From NCBI GenBank assembly GCA_951406725.2, contig OX597830.1, forward strand, positions 26,784,001-26,848,000: DNA of 64,000 bases, in the 5' to 3' direction. A program made the position numbers and the translations under genes. Shown here piece after piece: positions 49,612 to 63,991 of the stretch; position 1 is the first letter of the stretch; each line of letters begins with the position of its first letter. The stretch comes from Octopus vulgaris (taxonomy: Eukaryota). Below the pieces are notes generated by a model. That model had not been told where the DNA came from and made no database searches. It saw only the letters and a program-made list of their open reading frames with translations.

Positions 49612-50485
49612 GGTGGTCGATTGGGAAGGGTCAAAAGCGATTTTGACCCTGTGGACCCCATCGGCCGCAACAGATCTAAGCTTCGGGAGGCGAGGGAGAG
49701 TCTCCGGACAAAGCGGAAGAGCTCCACTCTCCCGAAGTCAGGAAGAAAAGAAAAAAAGAAGGAAGAAGAACGGATCATCTCAGCGGGGAGATGATGTGCC
49801 ATCTGCATGTCCCGAAGTTGTGCCACCCACGGTGGAAGAAACCACCCCCACCCTTAAAGATGATCAGTTAATTATCATTTTCTATAAGGGCGGGGAAGTG
49901 GAAAAAATAGTAGAAGAACATAAAGAGACAGTAGATATGCCCTTCACACGGGATCCCAAATGGCCTCCGCAGATAGCTGTGGAGGTCATAAGATTTCCCT
50001 TGTGGGAAAGGCTTAAAGGATTTGGGGAGGAGTGTCGCATATGGCCGGGTGGCCCTTTCACGACTGACATGTCCTACATGAGTGAGGCATGGGAAATGGC
50101 GGGATACAGGAACTCAAGCGGCACTGAAGATAATGATGACTATATCGATGGATATATCGAAGAGTAGGAGGTGAAAGACCCTCGTTATAGGGTTTGAAAC
50201 TTCATCTTATTGTATTATTTGTAGTGATTTATAACCTTAATTGTGTGTTTAAAAAAAAACCCTGTTAAGTAAGAGGTTTTAGTGTCTCCTTCTTGTAAGA
50301 GGTTTGAAACCTCATATTGATTTTTAAAAAAAGAAAATATGCTTTCGAGAAAAATCCAATCGGCGGGTGTTGGGTTTCGTCTCTCATTTATTCATTCTAT
50401 TTCATTTTCATTCATTAATGTGTTTGTTCAGCCCGCAAAGCTACACACTCTGTGTACTGTCTATGATGACAAATTTTATGAAATA
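49612..50485 (+). mobile_element. 874-bp 5'-truncated retro-insertion carrying an open 184-codon frame, inserted in a SINE A head
   Basis: 11-bp TSD AAGTAGCTTGC (49601-49611, 50486-50496). The SINE A head starts at 49579 and resumes after the insert. ORF 49613-50167, and the insert ends in AAATAAA. Confidence 0.85.
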
Positions 50486-50621
50486 AAGTAGCTTGCTTAC
50501 CAACCACATGGTTCCGGGTTCAGTCCCTCTGCGTGGCACCTTGGGCAAGTGTCTTCTACTATAGCCTCGGGCCGACCAGAGCCTTGTGTGTGGATTTAGT
50601 AGATGGAAACTGAAAGAAGTC

Positions 50622-50723
<102 letters not shown>

Positions 50724-52676
50724 ACGTTTGTATGTGTCTGTGTTTGTCCCGCCAACATGGCTTGACGACCGATGCTGGTGTGTTTACGTCCCCGTAACTT
50801 AGCGGTTCGGCAAAGGAGTTATTGTTTTTCCCTTTCCCGGTCAATAAATAAAGCATCACTCCAGATCAGTAAATTAAAGGGATTGTTAAGATGTCGGATG
50901 AAATGTCCTGTGGAATGTACTCCAGCTGTTTTAGTCCCGTGGTGTTGCGTGGTGGGCTTAATCCATTCTCTAATTTAACATCACTACCTCTCCTACCTCA
51001 TCCACGGATGCCTCTTATTAATGTGGAGGTTATTGCTTCAAGTATTCGAGCAATATCTTTGGAATGATAATAACTCACCCGCTAATTTACAACAGTCTCG
51101 GAACCGCTTAAAAATATACTGTATTTGATGATATATATGACATTAAAAAAATCTCATACCGGACCCTATACACGAAGTTAGATATAGTGTCGAAAGTTTT
51201 AGTTAGATCTACAAAAGTGAGAAAAAGGTTTCGGTTGTGCTCAAGTGCCTTTTCCTGCAGCTGCCTTTGACTAAAAATTATGTCCACTGTGCCTCTACAA
51301 GCCCGAAATCCAAACTAATATTAAGGCCACACTAAGCTGTCAAGGGCATCATTTAGTCTGTTTAAGATAACCTTTCCAAGGATCTTCCCGATAACACACA
51401 AAAGGAGATACCTTTATGTCGTCACATTCACATTTTTTGCCTTCGTGATTATAAAGATAGACAATAGAAGCATCTTTGATCTCCAGTGGGACCAATCTTG
51501 ATCTCCCATAATTTTTAATGCACTAAAAGCACATTTCCCTGAACATGCGCTGCTGAAATTAAAAGTGCGTCTCACATGTCTGTGCATCTTTTATACCATC
51601 GGATAGGGTAATACAATAAGAGCTGCTATTTCCCCTTCGACTAAGCTGTAAAAATATAAGTAATTACATCCGTCTTAGCGAAGCTAGGAGTATTGCTTTC
51701 AGTGGTGTTTGCTTGTTTGTCCGTGGATAAGATATCTAAAGAACTGCCGGATGGTTTCGGCTGAAACTTCCAGGAATGTTTGACCTCGTGACTGGCACGA
51801 ACAGATTAGATTTTGGGATCGATCAGGTACCGGAAATGATTCTGGTTTATTTTTCGTGTTTTTTTTACTTAATTTTTGAGAGCGTTCGGGTTCATTTTTA
51901 GTATTATCGTTTGTGAGAGCAGTTGAGTTTATTTAAGATATTCTATTTTAAAAATCATCTCCAGCTGATCGTTGATAGGACGTTGGTGTTGCCTTGGTGG
52001 AGGTTTGCGCTCTTCGAATGTTCTTGTTTAAATTATGTTTATTTTACTGACATTTTGTCTCATGTAACTTAATACTTGAGAGATAAAATATATACAAGAG
52101 TCATTAGCAAAGATTAATGAAAGATCATGTATGAAGTAATTTCCGTCAGAGAACAAGGATTAAAAAATTTTTGGTGTTTCTGTGTGTGTTTCCGCTGTAT
52201 ATCTTATGTCATCGAGTACGATAGTATGTTAAGGGCTTCTATTTTATCTCGCACTAAGCAGTAAAAAATATGAGTAATTTAAAGTATGTCCATTTTATTA
52301 ACTGATTATTTTATGTAACAAAATACTTGAGAGATAAAATGTACATGAGAGTGATTCTGAAAGGTATTGAAAGGTAATGTATGAGATAATTTCGGCCAGA
52401 GAATTAGTATTTATCAATTTTGAATATTTGCGTATAAACTGCCACTGTACTTAGCATTCTCTCAACTTCTATAAAATTAATTCCAGTGAGATTATATATT
52501 TTCAGGGTACCGTAGATTACATCCAATGTGTCCTCATCAAGCACAAAGAAGTAGCGTGTGATCTGAGCGGGCTTTGGCTGATATCTTTGGGCACATGAAA
52601 AACCATCAACATTACTCTATTTGTAAGTCCGTAGCAATAAGAGTTATACGTTTTGATATACATCAATATTTGATGT

Positions 52677-52771
<95 letters not shown>

Positions 52772-52899
52772 ATATGTATGTATATATATATATATATATA
52801 CACACACATCTGATGGATTCTCTTGTGAACAACAAATAATGGTTTAGTAAAATAAGCGGTCTATGGACACGAATGTGTCTCTTGAGGTCTGCTGGTGCC

Positions 52900-53560
52900 T
52901 TGCAAACATTTTGGCAAAGGGAACAAGTTGAGGACTCAGTTTGCTCGAGTGATTGTGGATAATTTACTGTGTTTTCTTGAGTGAACGACTGGGCCTGCTC
53001 TGCTTCGTGTCACAAAACTATAACGACAGGCAAGGTTTCCATTTAGAAGAACAGCATTTTGCTAGCGTGCCTTCATGTTTGCCTGAAATTGGTCTCGATA
53101 CTCGAACTGAGGAGAAACAAGACTGGCGCCAGGTTCTGCATTCTGATGCTTTGTTTTCCCAGGAAGAAAAGAGAACGTTGCATCGCTTCAGATTATCTTT
53201 TAGTTTGTCTTTGAAGCGCAAGAGTGACCTTCCAACTGACCTTCCTGTTGGGAATTAGCCAAAGGGAAGTTGCTTCGAAATTCTGACATCACTTATAGGT
53301 GAGAAATGACCTGACCATCTAAGGTGTATTTTGATGAGGATGGTTTCAATACCTGATATATTGCATTATTTTAGCACCTCACTGTTATGAATATAGTCAC
53401 TCAGTTTTATGTTGGAGATATTACACAAGTATCGCATATGAAAAGCGTCAAGTTGGTTGATGTGCTTTCGGTACAAAGTCCAAGATTCAGCACCATAAAT
53501 TAATGATGTCAAAACCACCGACTGATATACATCAACTTTCACTTTCAACGTAGCTGTTCC
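52900..53560 (-). mobile_element. RTE-clade LINE 3' relic
   Basis: KVDVYQSVVLTSLIYGAESWTLYRKHINQLDAFHMR..NSEVL..LRWSGH..RFKDKLKDNLK..W, the post-RT region typical of RTE/BovB elements. Confidence 0.9.
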
Positions 53561-53877
53561 ATAGCCTTGTGCCTTGTTTCGTCTCCATGTCTGTTTCATT
53601 CGCCTTAGTTGGGATTGACATGTATTCCTGGCCTTTTTAACCTTGCGTTTTGTGGCATTATTTTTGTTTGACATCCATTGACAGTGGCACTTATGCACAT
53701 TGTCCAAAAGAGGAAAATGTCTGGATCATTTGAGACGAACCAATCTTGGTGCTTTCTCTTAGCATACCCGAGTGCTTCACAAGGTGACTCAAATACAGCA
53801 TTTTAAAAAGCAGACCACGTTGATTCACTATATACATGTATATATACGTACATGTATGTATATATCAAATGCGCGCG

Positions 53878-53918
<41 letters not shown>

Positions 53919-54933
53919 TAATAACATGCCCATGAAGCTGTGAAAATTAATCCCAACATTACGTCCTCGTAACTTAGCGGTTCAGCAAAAGGGTACAATG
54001 GGATAAGTACTAGGCTTCAAAAAATAAGTCCTGGGGGCGATTTGTTCGAATAAAACTCCTCAAGGCGGTGCTCCAGGATGGTCACAGTCTAATGACTGAA
54101 GCAAATAAAAAATAAAAGAATATATATATATATATTCGCCATGCTTGACCGCTAAATCCACAAGATTTTAAAAATTCTTTCTCTATTTCTTTCCTTATAT
54201 TCCTTTGTGTTTAAGAGCGTAGGCTCGAAACGTAAAAAACTTTCTCTCTTTCCCGAGCGTCAAACTAATACACCTGCTTGTTGTTCGTACACCTGTCTTT
54301 GTCTTTGTCCTTTCAGCGCGATCGGATGAACAATACTCGAGATATAAACGAAAAAAAAAACCCAGACAGACAGAACGGGATTATATATTAGATGAGCCAA
54401 TGAGGGAGACTTCTACATGGTAGCCAGACATGGTAGAAATAACTGCCAAATCTCCCTCAAAATCACACCTTACTGTCTTATGTATGTATATATGTATGTA
54501 TTAACAGTTCTTAGGCTTTTTGCATTTGACGACTGTTGCTTTAAGTTAGATAATCATATTGAGCACTCTATGTATTGAGAGAGGGGGACTGAGAGAGGAA
54601 AGAACTGAGACAGCATAGCGACAGTTTTGGTTGACTGTCATCCTGTACTTTCCTTGTTGCCAGCGAAATGGTATTTGCCGGCTGTCTGAGCAACTCGTTG
54701 CTTTTAATGAACAGTATGACGTAAGAAATAGGAAGAAAAGATTACAAAAATAGCGACAATTTTGAAAATCTTTTTAGATTACAGAACGCCCCGCTCTCTC
54801 ATGTATCCATGTTTAAAATTTCAGCGTGATCGGATGAACAATACTCGAGTTATAAGCGCACAAACAGACAGACAGAACGGGATTTATATATTAGACGAGA
54901 ATACAACGATCGCCCATGTCCAATTTATATAAG

Positions 54934-55338
54934 ACTAGCAGTATCGCCCGGCGTTGCTCGGGTTTGTAAGGGAAATAACTATACAGCATTTCTAGAGAGT
55001 TATAGCAAACAAATAGCAAAAAAATAGCAAAAAAATAGCAAAAAATGGAAAAAATATGATGGTAATTTTTTTTAAATCGTTGACTCATCGTAGACATTTT
55101 TAGAGAGTTACTTCCCTTAAAAAAAATATGCATGAAAATGGAAAAAAATGATGGTAAATTATTTTTAAAATCGTAGACTCATCGTAGACGCGCGCTAATA
55201 CCCAGAAGGGCTCGATATGAATCACGACTATAAGATACCCGGTTTTGGTTAAACTGCACCGCAAAATGTGGGAGTAGTTAGGAATCTAAATCGAAGGGGA
55301 CAGACACTCACACAACTACAGTTTTATTTATATAGATA
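54934..55338. mobile_element. Helitron/Helentron-like non-autonomous element
   Basis: One end ACTAG..CCCGGCGTTGCTCGGG (terminal hairpin), the other TTTTATTTATATAGAT. Similar ends near 12630, 54390, 54890 and 55985. Classification is inference. Confidence 0.45.
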
Positions 55339-55996
55339 TGCCTTTAGACAATGTAGAACATAAATAGTTGCATAAATATTTTTCATTAGTTTTCCCACAT
55401 TGATTTTAGTCTACAATTCCTATAAGCTCAAAAATGCATATGAGCTTGCTGGTATTCGAACTTTAGATCAAGCAATTTTAACTTGTGCAGGCTAAGTGAC
55501 TTAATAAGTATCCAAACATACATGTAACCTTGAGATAGAAATCGATTGACATCTTTTGACATGAAGCAGCTTGCATACATTGCTAACTTCTCGCTGCATT
55601 AATCCTTCTGCGCTTTTACGCTCAGCTTTGAGCAAAATAGTAAAAAAAATTGAATCCTAATTTTTTCTTCCTCCTTGTACTGAAAGTTTTGAAAAGCGAA
55701 CCCTCCACACTATATGTAGAAAAAATCGCTCTATTTCACAAAATTGGTTTGATCAAAATCGCCCAAAGCACGGCTAAATGGCAGGCGCAATCACCTTTGA
55801 ATGGGGAATTCCTTTAGAAAAAGTTTTAATCGATTTTCTCGGTAACTGTGGGGGCTAGGAAAAAATACAAACGGCAGCACAATGTATGGACCCGTTTACA
55901 CCTGTGAGCCATTTTTCACGCGAATCCACCCAGCTGTGAACCTCAAGAGAAGAAAGGATACGAGACTACAACAATTTATATTATAGATATGCATAT

Positions 55997-56056
<60 letters not shown>

Positions 56057-56124
56057 GTGTTAGTGTGTGTGTATATGTATGTATATGTATATATGTGTGT
56101 GTGTTCTTTTCTTTTATTTCTTTA

Positions 56125-56348
56125 TTCTTTTACTCGTTCAGTCATTTGACTGCGGCCATACCAGAGCACCACCTTTGGTCGAACAAATCGATCCCAGGAC
56201 TTACTCTTTGTAAGCCTACTACTTATTCTATCGGTCTCTTTTGCCGAACTGCTAAGTTACGAGGACGTAAATACACCAACATCGGTTGTCAAGCGATGGT
56301 GGGGGACAAACACAGACACACGCACACACAAACACACATATACACAAA

Positions 56349-56384
<36 letters not shown>

Positions 56385-56541
56385 CACACTCACACATCTA
56401 CGACGGGCTTCTTTCAGTTTCCGTCTACCAAATCCACTCACAAGGCTTTGGTCGGCCCAAGGCTATAGTAGTAGATACTTGCCCAAGGTTCCACGCAGTA
56501 GGACTGAACCCGGAACCATGTGGTTGATAAGTAAGCTACTT
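56125..56541 (-). mobile_element. SINE family A (5'-truncated)
   Basis: Reverse complement of the family A consensus. Confidence 0.85.
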
Positions 56542-56542
56542 T

Positions 56543-57100
56543 ATGTGTATGTATGTATGTATGTATGTATGTATGTATGTATGTATGTATGTATGTATGT
56601 TTGTGTGTGTGTATGTATGTATGTGTGTATGTATGTATGTATGTATGTATGTTTGTGTGTGTGTATGTATGTATGTGTGTATGTATGTATGTATGTATGT
56701 ATGTTTGTGTGTGTGTATGTATGTATGTGTGTATGTATGTATGTATGTATGTATGTATGTATGTTTGTGTGTGTGTATGTATGTATGTGTGTATGTATGT
56801 ATGTATGTATGTTTGTGTGTGTGTATGTATGTATGTGTGTATGTATGTATGTATGTATGTATGTATGTTTGTGTGTGTGTATGTATGTATGTGTGTATGT
56901 ATGTATGTATGTGTATGTATGTATGTTTGTGTGTGTGTGTATGTATGTATGTGTGTATGTATGTATGTATGTTTGTGTGTGTGTATGTATGTATGTGTGT
57001 ATGTATGTATGTATGTATGTATGTACGTATGTATGTATGTATGTATGTATGTATGTATGTATGTATGTATGTATGTATGTATGTATGTTTGTGTGTGTGT
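56543..57100. repeat. (GTAT)n/(GT)n compound microsatellite with a higher-order period of about 50 bp
   Basis: Recurrent GTTTGTGTGTGTGTATGTATGTATGTGTGTAT blocks. Confidence 0.95.
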
Positions 57101-58065
57101 CTATATATTTGTAGGACTTACTGCTAACTGCACTATTACACGCATCATAATAGCAAATACCTTTGCTGCTACAAAAGACACCACCGCCGCCGTCAACACC
57201 ACCACCACCACTACCTGCGCTGCCTTAATCAAACACCTCTTACCACCCCTCAATCATAACCACCACTACCACCATGACAATCACTGCTATCAACAGCAGC
57301 TACACCACCTCCTCCTCCTACTGTAACACGTTACACCGGCACCACGCCTTCATGACTACAAACACATTTATCTCTATTATCGCGCTGACGAGCACCGTCT
57401 CCACTCCTCCCCCACCTCAACATCCGTCTTCGCCACCACCCCCTAACATTACATATCCACTGCTATCATAACACCCCAACCAAAAATCTTCGCTTTCATT
57501 TAAACCCGACACTCACCACCTCTCCTTGCATCAAAAAAATTGGATATCACGTTGTTAATTCGATCTGATCAACACCAAAATAATGTCAACAAGTCTTCCC
57601 TATTTCGGTTTTTTCCCATTCTCATTGATAGTTTGAAGTTTCTCGTAGTCATCTTGTATTGTCATTTGTTTAAACCTGCTTATCTAGCTCTGCCTTGCAT
57701 GTCGTGCTATCGTGTCAGCTCAGTGTACAACAAAGATGACCAATAAAAAGAATATGACAACATAACGGCAAAAATCTTAAGTTCCTTTATAAATTACGAA
57801 TGCTTGATTAAACGGAAAAGACGGTTGCTTTTCGTGTTAGTTATGGGTCCCCCCCTTTTGTTCTTTCTCCTTCTCTCTCTCTTTTTATTAACAATTTTGA
57901 CCCATCGCGATCTAGATTTGAAACTAAACATATATTTCAAATATGAATTAGAAGCGGTTTTTAGGTATATTAACAAAATCGAACACGCATACACAATGTA
58001 TGTGTGCTGTTAGTTCGTGGGTCGGCTGCGGTTTTTAGGTATAAGAGAATATATTCTCTATACAA

Positions 58066-58455
58066 GGCGGCGAGCTGCCAGAAACGTTAGCACGTCGGGC
58101 GAAATGCTTAGCGGATTCTCGTCCGCCGCTACGTTCTGAGTTCAAATTCCGCCGAGGTCGATTTTGCCTTTCATCCTTTCGGGGTCGATAAATTAAGTAC
58201 CAGTTACGCACTGGGGTAGATATAATCGACTTAATCTATTTGTCTGTCCTTGTTTGTCCCTTCTGTGTTTAGCCCCTTGTGGATAGTAAAGAAATAGGTA
58301 TTTCGTCTGTCTTTACGTTCTGAGTTCAAATTGTGCCGAGGTCGACTTTGCCTTTCATCCTTTCGGGGTCGATAAATTAAGTACCAAGGGGTTTATCTAA
58401 TTGACTGGCCCCCTCCCCAAAAATTGCGGGCCTTGTGCCTAGAGTAGAAAAGAAT
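58066..58455 (+). mobile_element. SINE family B, dimeric form
   Basis: Same architecture as 11311-11717. Imperfect TSD ATATTC(T/C)CTAT(A/G)C. Confidence 0.9.
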
Positions 58456-58592
58456 ATATTCCCTATGCGCCTGGTGTAAAAAATACCTGAAAGTAAGTCA
58501 TAGTCAAGCTCAACAGCTCACATTAGGTCCCTTCTCTGAATGACAGACATCAATGTTTCGTCATTGCTTTGACCTACGAGTATCAATGCCGC

Positions 58593-58829
58593 ATACCTAT
58601 TTCTTTATTACCCACAAGGGGCTAAACACAGAGGGGACAAACAAGGTCAGACATAGGTATTAAGTCGATTACATCGACCCCAGTGGGTAACTGGTACTTA
58701 ATTTATCGACCCCGAAAGGATGAAAGGCAAAGTCGACCTCGGCGGAATTTGAACTCACAACGTAACGGCAGACGAAATACGGCCATGCATTTCGCCCCGG
58801 CGTGCTAACGTTTCTGCCAGCTCGCCGCC
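58593..58829 (-). mobile_element. SINE family B
   Basis: Reverse complement copy. Ends just past the unit junction (AAAGAAATAGGTAT). Confidence 0.9.
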
Positions 58830-60344
58830 TTCTGCTGCCAGCCATGCCGACGCCTCAGAGGATATGCTTAATGGTTTAAACACCATCTGCTGGCATGTCT
58901 CATCGTTTCATACCACCGAAAAAATTCAAATATTAATCAGAAGCAACTCAAGGTATGTAAACAAAAGCAAAAACGTATACACATAAACATATATTTGTCT
59001 TTTTATTTCTTTCATGATGAAGTCGTTCGTGAAATACAGTATATCCTGGTTGTTATAATCCTACTTGAGTCTCTCTAGCGGCGTAACTAGAGTACATACC
59101 ACATAGGGCAGCCGTTGAGTTTGCCGCTTTGTTTATACAGCAAACCCAAAAGTGTCACCCCACGAAAGCGTCAACTGGAGCGGATTGCTCCTCCTACTCC
59201 CTCTCGTCCGCTGACCACCTGCGCCCCACTTCACCGATCCCCACCATCCACGCTACTTAATGTATCTTTCTCCAGTTCTGAAGACAGTGCCCATTTCTTC
59301 CAGCGAAAGAGAATGAAGGGGAGAGAGAGAGAGAGAAAGAAGGAGAGAGAGCGCTTTCATTGGCCCTTAGGATTAACTCTGTCAAATACTTTGGTAAGAT
59401 CAACGAAAATCACGAATAAATTGTCCTGGCCTTTTCCCGAAGTTGACAAAGACTGGAAACTGTACTAGCTGTCTGTTCCAAGTTCTATAGAAAACCATAT
59501 AGACTTTCTCGGACGAGAATCTGTTTAGAAAGGCGCTCATTGAATCGTTTCAGCAGCATCTTGGCAATAATTTATCAGGTTAGGTATAACCCATACCTGA
59601 CAACATAGCATCCAGCATTATTTATCACGTGGTCAAGTGATCGACAACTAAAACTGTTCCTCAACTGATTTGTCATTTGGAAGGAGTGTGGTGACCATTC
59701 TACAGGACCAAAAACAAGACAGATCACAATAAGGATGAGGTTTTATAAGCCATTAAGTAGCAGTGACAGAGTAGCCTCATTGGAAAAAGATCTTATCTCA
59801 AGTCAACTGATATTCTGTTTCAAAGCTGGTCTCTTAGACAGTTTTATTGTCCTACTCATCATGGTCCCTATGCCAACGGATTAGCAGAATTAAGGAACGG
59901 AAAATGGAGATGGTTAATCACAAACCAACTTCATTTTAATTTATTCTCTTGCAAATGTCCCTCAAACAGACAACAATCCACTCCCGCAAGAAGTCTATCA
60001 GTGAAAGGAAAGTAACGACAGGAGCAGGTAGAGGATATTAGTGGAAGCTCTCAGTCATAAGCCCACATGATAGTAACAAAGATGTGATGGTCGCTGCGGA
60101 CTGGGAGGATTATGGTCCACATCAGTTTTGCCCTTTTGACGAAGTAACCCTTTGCATGTAGGACTTATTTCTTTTAATCAGAGGAAAGAGATAGATAAGT
60201 TTCTTTTAACAAGTCTTGAGTTACTTTGTTCCTAACTACTATCAACATGGCATCCAAGTTTAATGACCGAAAATAAAGCCAATGAAATCAACAACAACAA
60301 CAACGTCAAGAAAACAAACTTTTGGTAGAAGGTAGCACATTATA

Positions 60345-61100
60345 ATGAACATTGCATCATGGGATATTCGTACCCTACAGCATGGTACAAACGTACTTGA
60401 ATGTCGAATAGCTAAAGAAGCAACACGACTAGATATTGATATTGCAGTTTTGAGTGCAACAAGACTTGCTGTGTCTAGTTTTCTAGAAAATGGCTATATT
60501 TTCTTATTTCTTTATTGCCCACATGGAGCTAAACATAGAGGGGACAAACAAGGACAGACAAAGGGATTAAGTCGATTACATCGACCCCAGTGCGTAACTG
60601 GTACTTAATTTATCGACCCCGAAAGGATGAAAGGCAAAGTCGACCTCGGTGGAGTTTGAACTCAGAATGTAAACACAGACGAAATACTGCTAAGCATTTG
60701 CCCGTCGTGCTAACGTTTCTGCCAGCTCGCCGCCTGGCTATATTCTCTACTAGATAGAATGGGAGGGTGACTGACCTCGCCAACATGGGACTAACATTAT
60801 TACCTGGAAGACATGCATTCAATAAATTGTGGAGCTACCCCATGGCTTCAGCCCAAGAATAATATCTTTATGTATCAATCTTGTAGGAATAATGGCACAT
60901 GCACTATTAATGTGTATGTACCAATTCAGGTAGCAGATAGCACAGATAAAAAAACAGTTTCTATGATGACGGTGACCAAACCCTTGGTAATGTGCCATCT
61001 ACTGACCACTTTTACTTCATTTTCGATGGTTTCAACACCAGAGTTGGGTCAAATCGTATTGCATAGAACAAAATGACAAGCAGTCATGATGTTTGAAAAA
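60345..61100 (+). mobile_element. LINE (RTE-like) AP-endonuclease relic interrupted by a SINE B
   Basis: MNIASWDIRTL..IAKEATRLDIDIAVLSATRL..ENGYIF, later INVYVP..DSTDK. SINE B (-) at about 60505-60734 with TSD TGGCTATATT. Confidence 0.7.
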
Positions 61101-61115
61101 AAAAAATGCAAATGA

Positions 61116-61286
61116 GGCGCAGGAGTGGCTGTGTGGTAAGTAGCTTGCTAACCAACCACATGGTTCCGGGTTCAGTCCCACTGCGTGGCACCATGGGCAA
61201 GTGTCTTCTGCTATAGCCCCGGGCCGACCAATGCCTTGTGAGTGGATTTGGTAGACGGAAACTGAAAGAAGCCTGTCGTATATATG

Positions 61287-61323
<37 letters not shown>

Positions 61324-61532
61324 TTGTGTGTCTGTGTTTGTCCCCCTAGCATTGCTTGACAACTGATGCTGGTGTGTTTATGTCCCCGTCACTTAGCGGT
61401 TCGGCAAAAGAGACCGATAGAATAAGTACTGGGCTTACAAAGAATATGTCCCGGGGTCGATTTGCTCGACTAAAGGCGGTGCTCCAACATGGCCGCATTC
61501 AAATGACTGAAACAAGTAAAAGATAAAAGAGT
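61116..61532 (+). mobile_element. SINE family A, full length
   Basis: Near-consensus copy. Confidence 0.9.
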
Positions 61533-62952
61533 ATCTACCCATCTGTGCTTCATGTCACATCATTATCACTAACACACTGTTTCAACAGAAATGACACACA
61601 TCTTAGAGCCACCTGTGCTTTATGACACCTTGCCATCACCAACACATTAGTTCAACAGAGAAACAAATATACAAAACAACCTGGCAACATGCATGCGGTA
61701 AATATAGGACACCACCTTTATTACATGATTGTTGATAGTCAATCGATCAAACTGACTCGAGCCTTCTCTGCCCCACTCCTTGGATCAAATAATAAATTAC
61801 TGTGGTTGTAACCGTATTATTTACATTCGACAAAAGCAAGTACTAATTACTTAAGTTGAAATTCAGTTCCGAGCTAAATCTACAAGAACTTTAAAAACAC
61901 TTTGATAACTTTGATAACATACATATCATACATAGATGTCAAACTTCAACTTCAGACCAAACTGGGTATAACACTTGAAAAACGTCAAGATACGAATAGT
62001 CCCTCAGTTGCTAATGACTTCTGGTTCCTATTGAGAAATACAAACAATCAACGCATCTCACAAATCCTGGGATTTACTAAGCATAAACATCCAGGTTAAT
62101 CTGATGAGAATAATTCCCTCACTTCCAACGTACTTAATGACTTACATTTACTTCAAAAGTCATGGATGGAGGGTAGACAAACCTGAAGCAGACCTGGAGA
62201 AGAAAGGGCATGTCATTATGAGGATGCGAATGGTGACAAAAGGATGTACATACAAACATTACATATATACATTACATACATACGCACGTATATACTTACA
62301 AACATAAAAACATGAATACATACATACAAACATACATACATTCATACATACATTGAGAAATCTGCAGGTACTCTATCCAGATTACAAGTTCAGGTATATA
62401 CCTGTAATTTTTGGGGCCCTGGGATATGTAACACACTACCTAAATACCAATCTTGAGAAATTAAGCTTCTCAAAATAAGAAAGGAGAAAGCTTATTTGAA
62501 GATTACAGATCCAATCCATCACTGGAACTGTGAAGATCTGTAAAACTTTCCAGAAGTTTATCATTTAAATATATATATGAGCATGTCTAGATATGCAACC
62601 ATATGCATGAGAATACAAACATAAAACAAAACATATAAATCTGCACACATACATAATACATACATACATAAATACATACATACATACATACATACATACA
62701 TACATACATACATACATACATACATACATACATACATGCGTACATACATACATACATACATACATACATACATACATACATGTGAACAAAATACACTGTT
62801 GTTGATGCTGAAATTCCAATAAAGGCGCCTTGGATCTAGGTTAGAGACTGGCTCTTTCTCTATTGGCAAGAAATCTTGAAATAAAAACTGAACAATGACA
62901 TACATACATACATACGTACATACATACATACATACATACATACATACATACA

Positions 62953-62984
<32 letters not shown>

Positions 62985-63107
62985 CATGAAGTGGTATGGA
63001 TAGACGATTTAAATAAATAAAGGTTCATTCAACACCTTTTAGCAGAGTACATATATTGATTAAATATTATTCTTTGATTTTCTTGATAACATACATATCA
63101 TACATAG

Positions 63108-63151
<44 letters not shown>

Positions 63152-63273
63152 AACCTAGAAAAACGATCCCTTTCACAAAATATTCAAATGCCTCTTAAGT
63201 CTCCTTTCATAATTTCCTCTGTGTATTTTGGTTTTTCATCTTCATTGCATTTTCTTTTTTCTTTTACAAATTC

Positions 63274-63991
63274 TCCGTTTGTTTTTTCTGTTTCTTTTCA
63301 ACCCCATTCGATCTAATGACGTTTCGATAAACTCTGAAGTCTCTAAAGTGTAACACACCAAATTAGGAAAATACAACCGTTTCTGATTTTGATATTATAT
63401 TCTTTGTTGTATTATGTTTTTTTCCTCCCATCTTCATGTATTGTCAGTGAAGACGCGTGGCCAAGTGGTGTTGTACTCACACCTAAGGTGGTGCACTTAC
63501 AATCGCGGGACCATGGTTTCGATTCTTAGACCAGGTCGTATGTTATGTTCTTGAGCAAAACGCTTCATTTCACATTAGTCTTCTACATTTAGCTGTCAAT
63601 AAGTAACCCGGTGGGAATATTGTAGGATGGACGAATTTCATGGAAAACTTGAGAAAGCGGGCAACCGACTCCATAAGCCTTTGGAATATATATATATATA
63701 TCGCTAGTCTGTTCACTATGTTTAATCCTTTAATTCTTTATTAATGAGAAAACAAAAATAAATGCAAAATATTTTTGCATTAGGTGTGAGTACAACATCA
63801 CTTGGCCACGCGCCTTCACTGACAATACATGAAGATGGGCGGAAAAAACATAATACAACAAAGAATATAATATCAAAATCAGAAACGGTTGTATTTTCCT
63901 AATTTGGTGTGTTACACTTTAGAGGCTTCAGAGTTTATCGAAACATCATTAGATCGAATGGGGTTGAAAAGAAACAGAGAAAACAAACGGA
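63274..63991. repeat. Local inverted duplication (arms 63274-63486 and 63780-63991)
   Basis: Arms of about 212 bp with only a few mismatches, around a spacer of about 293 bp. Confidence 0.95.
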
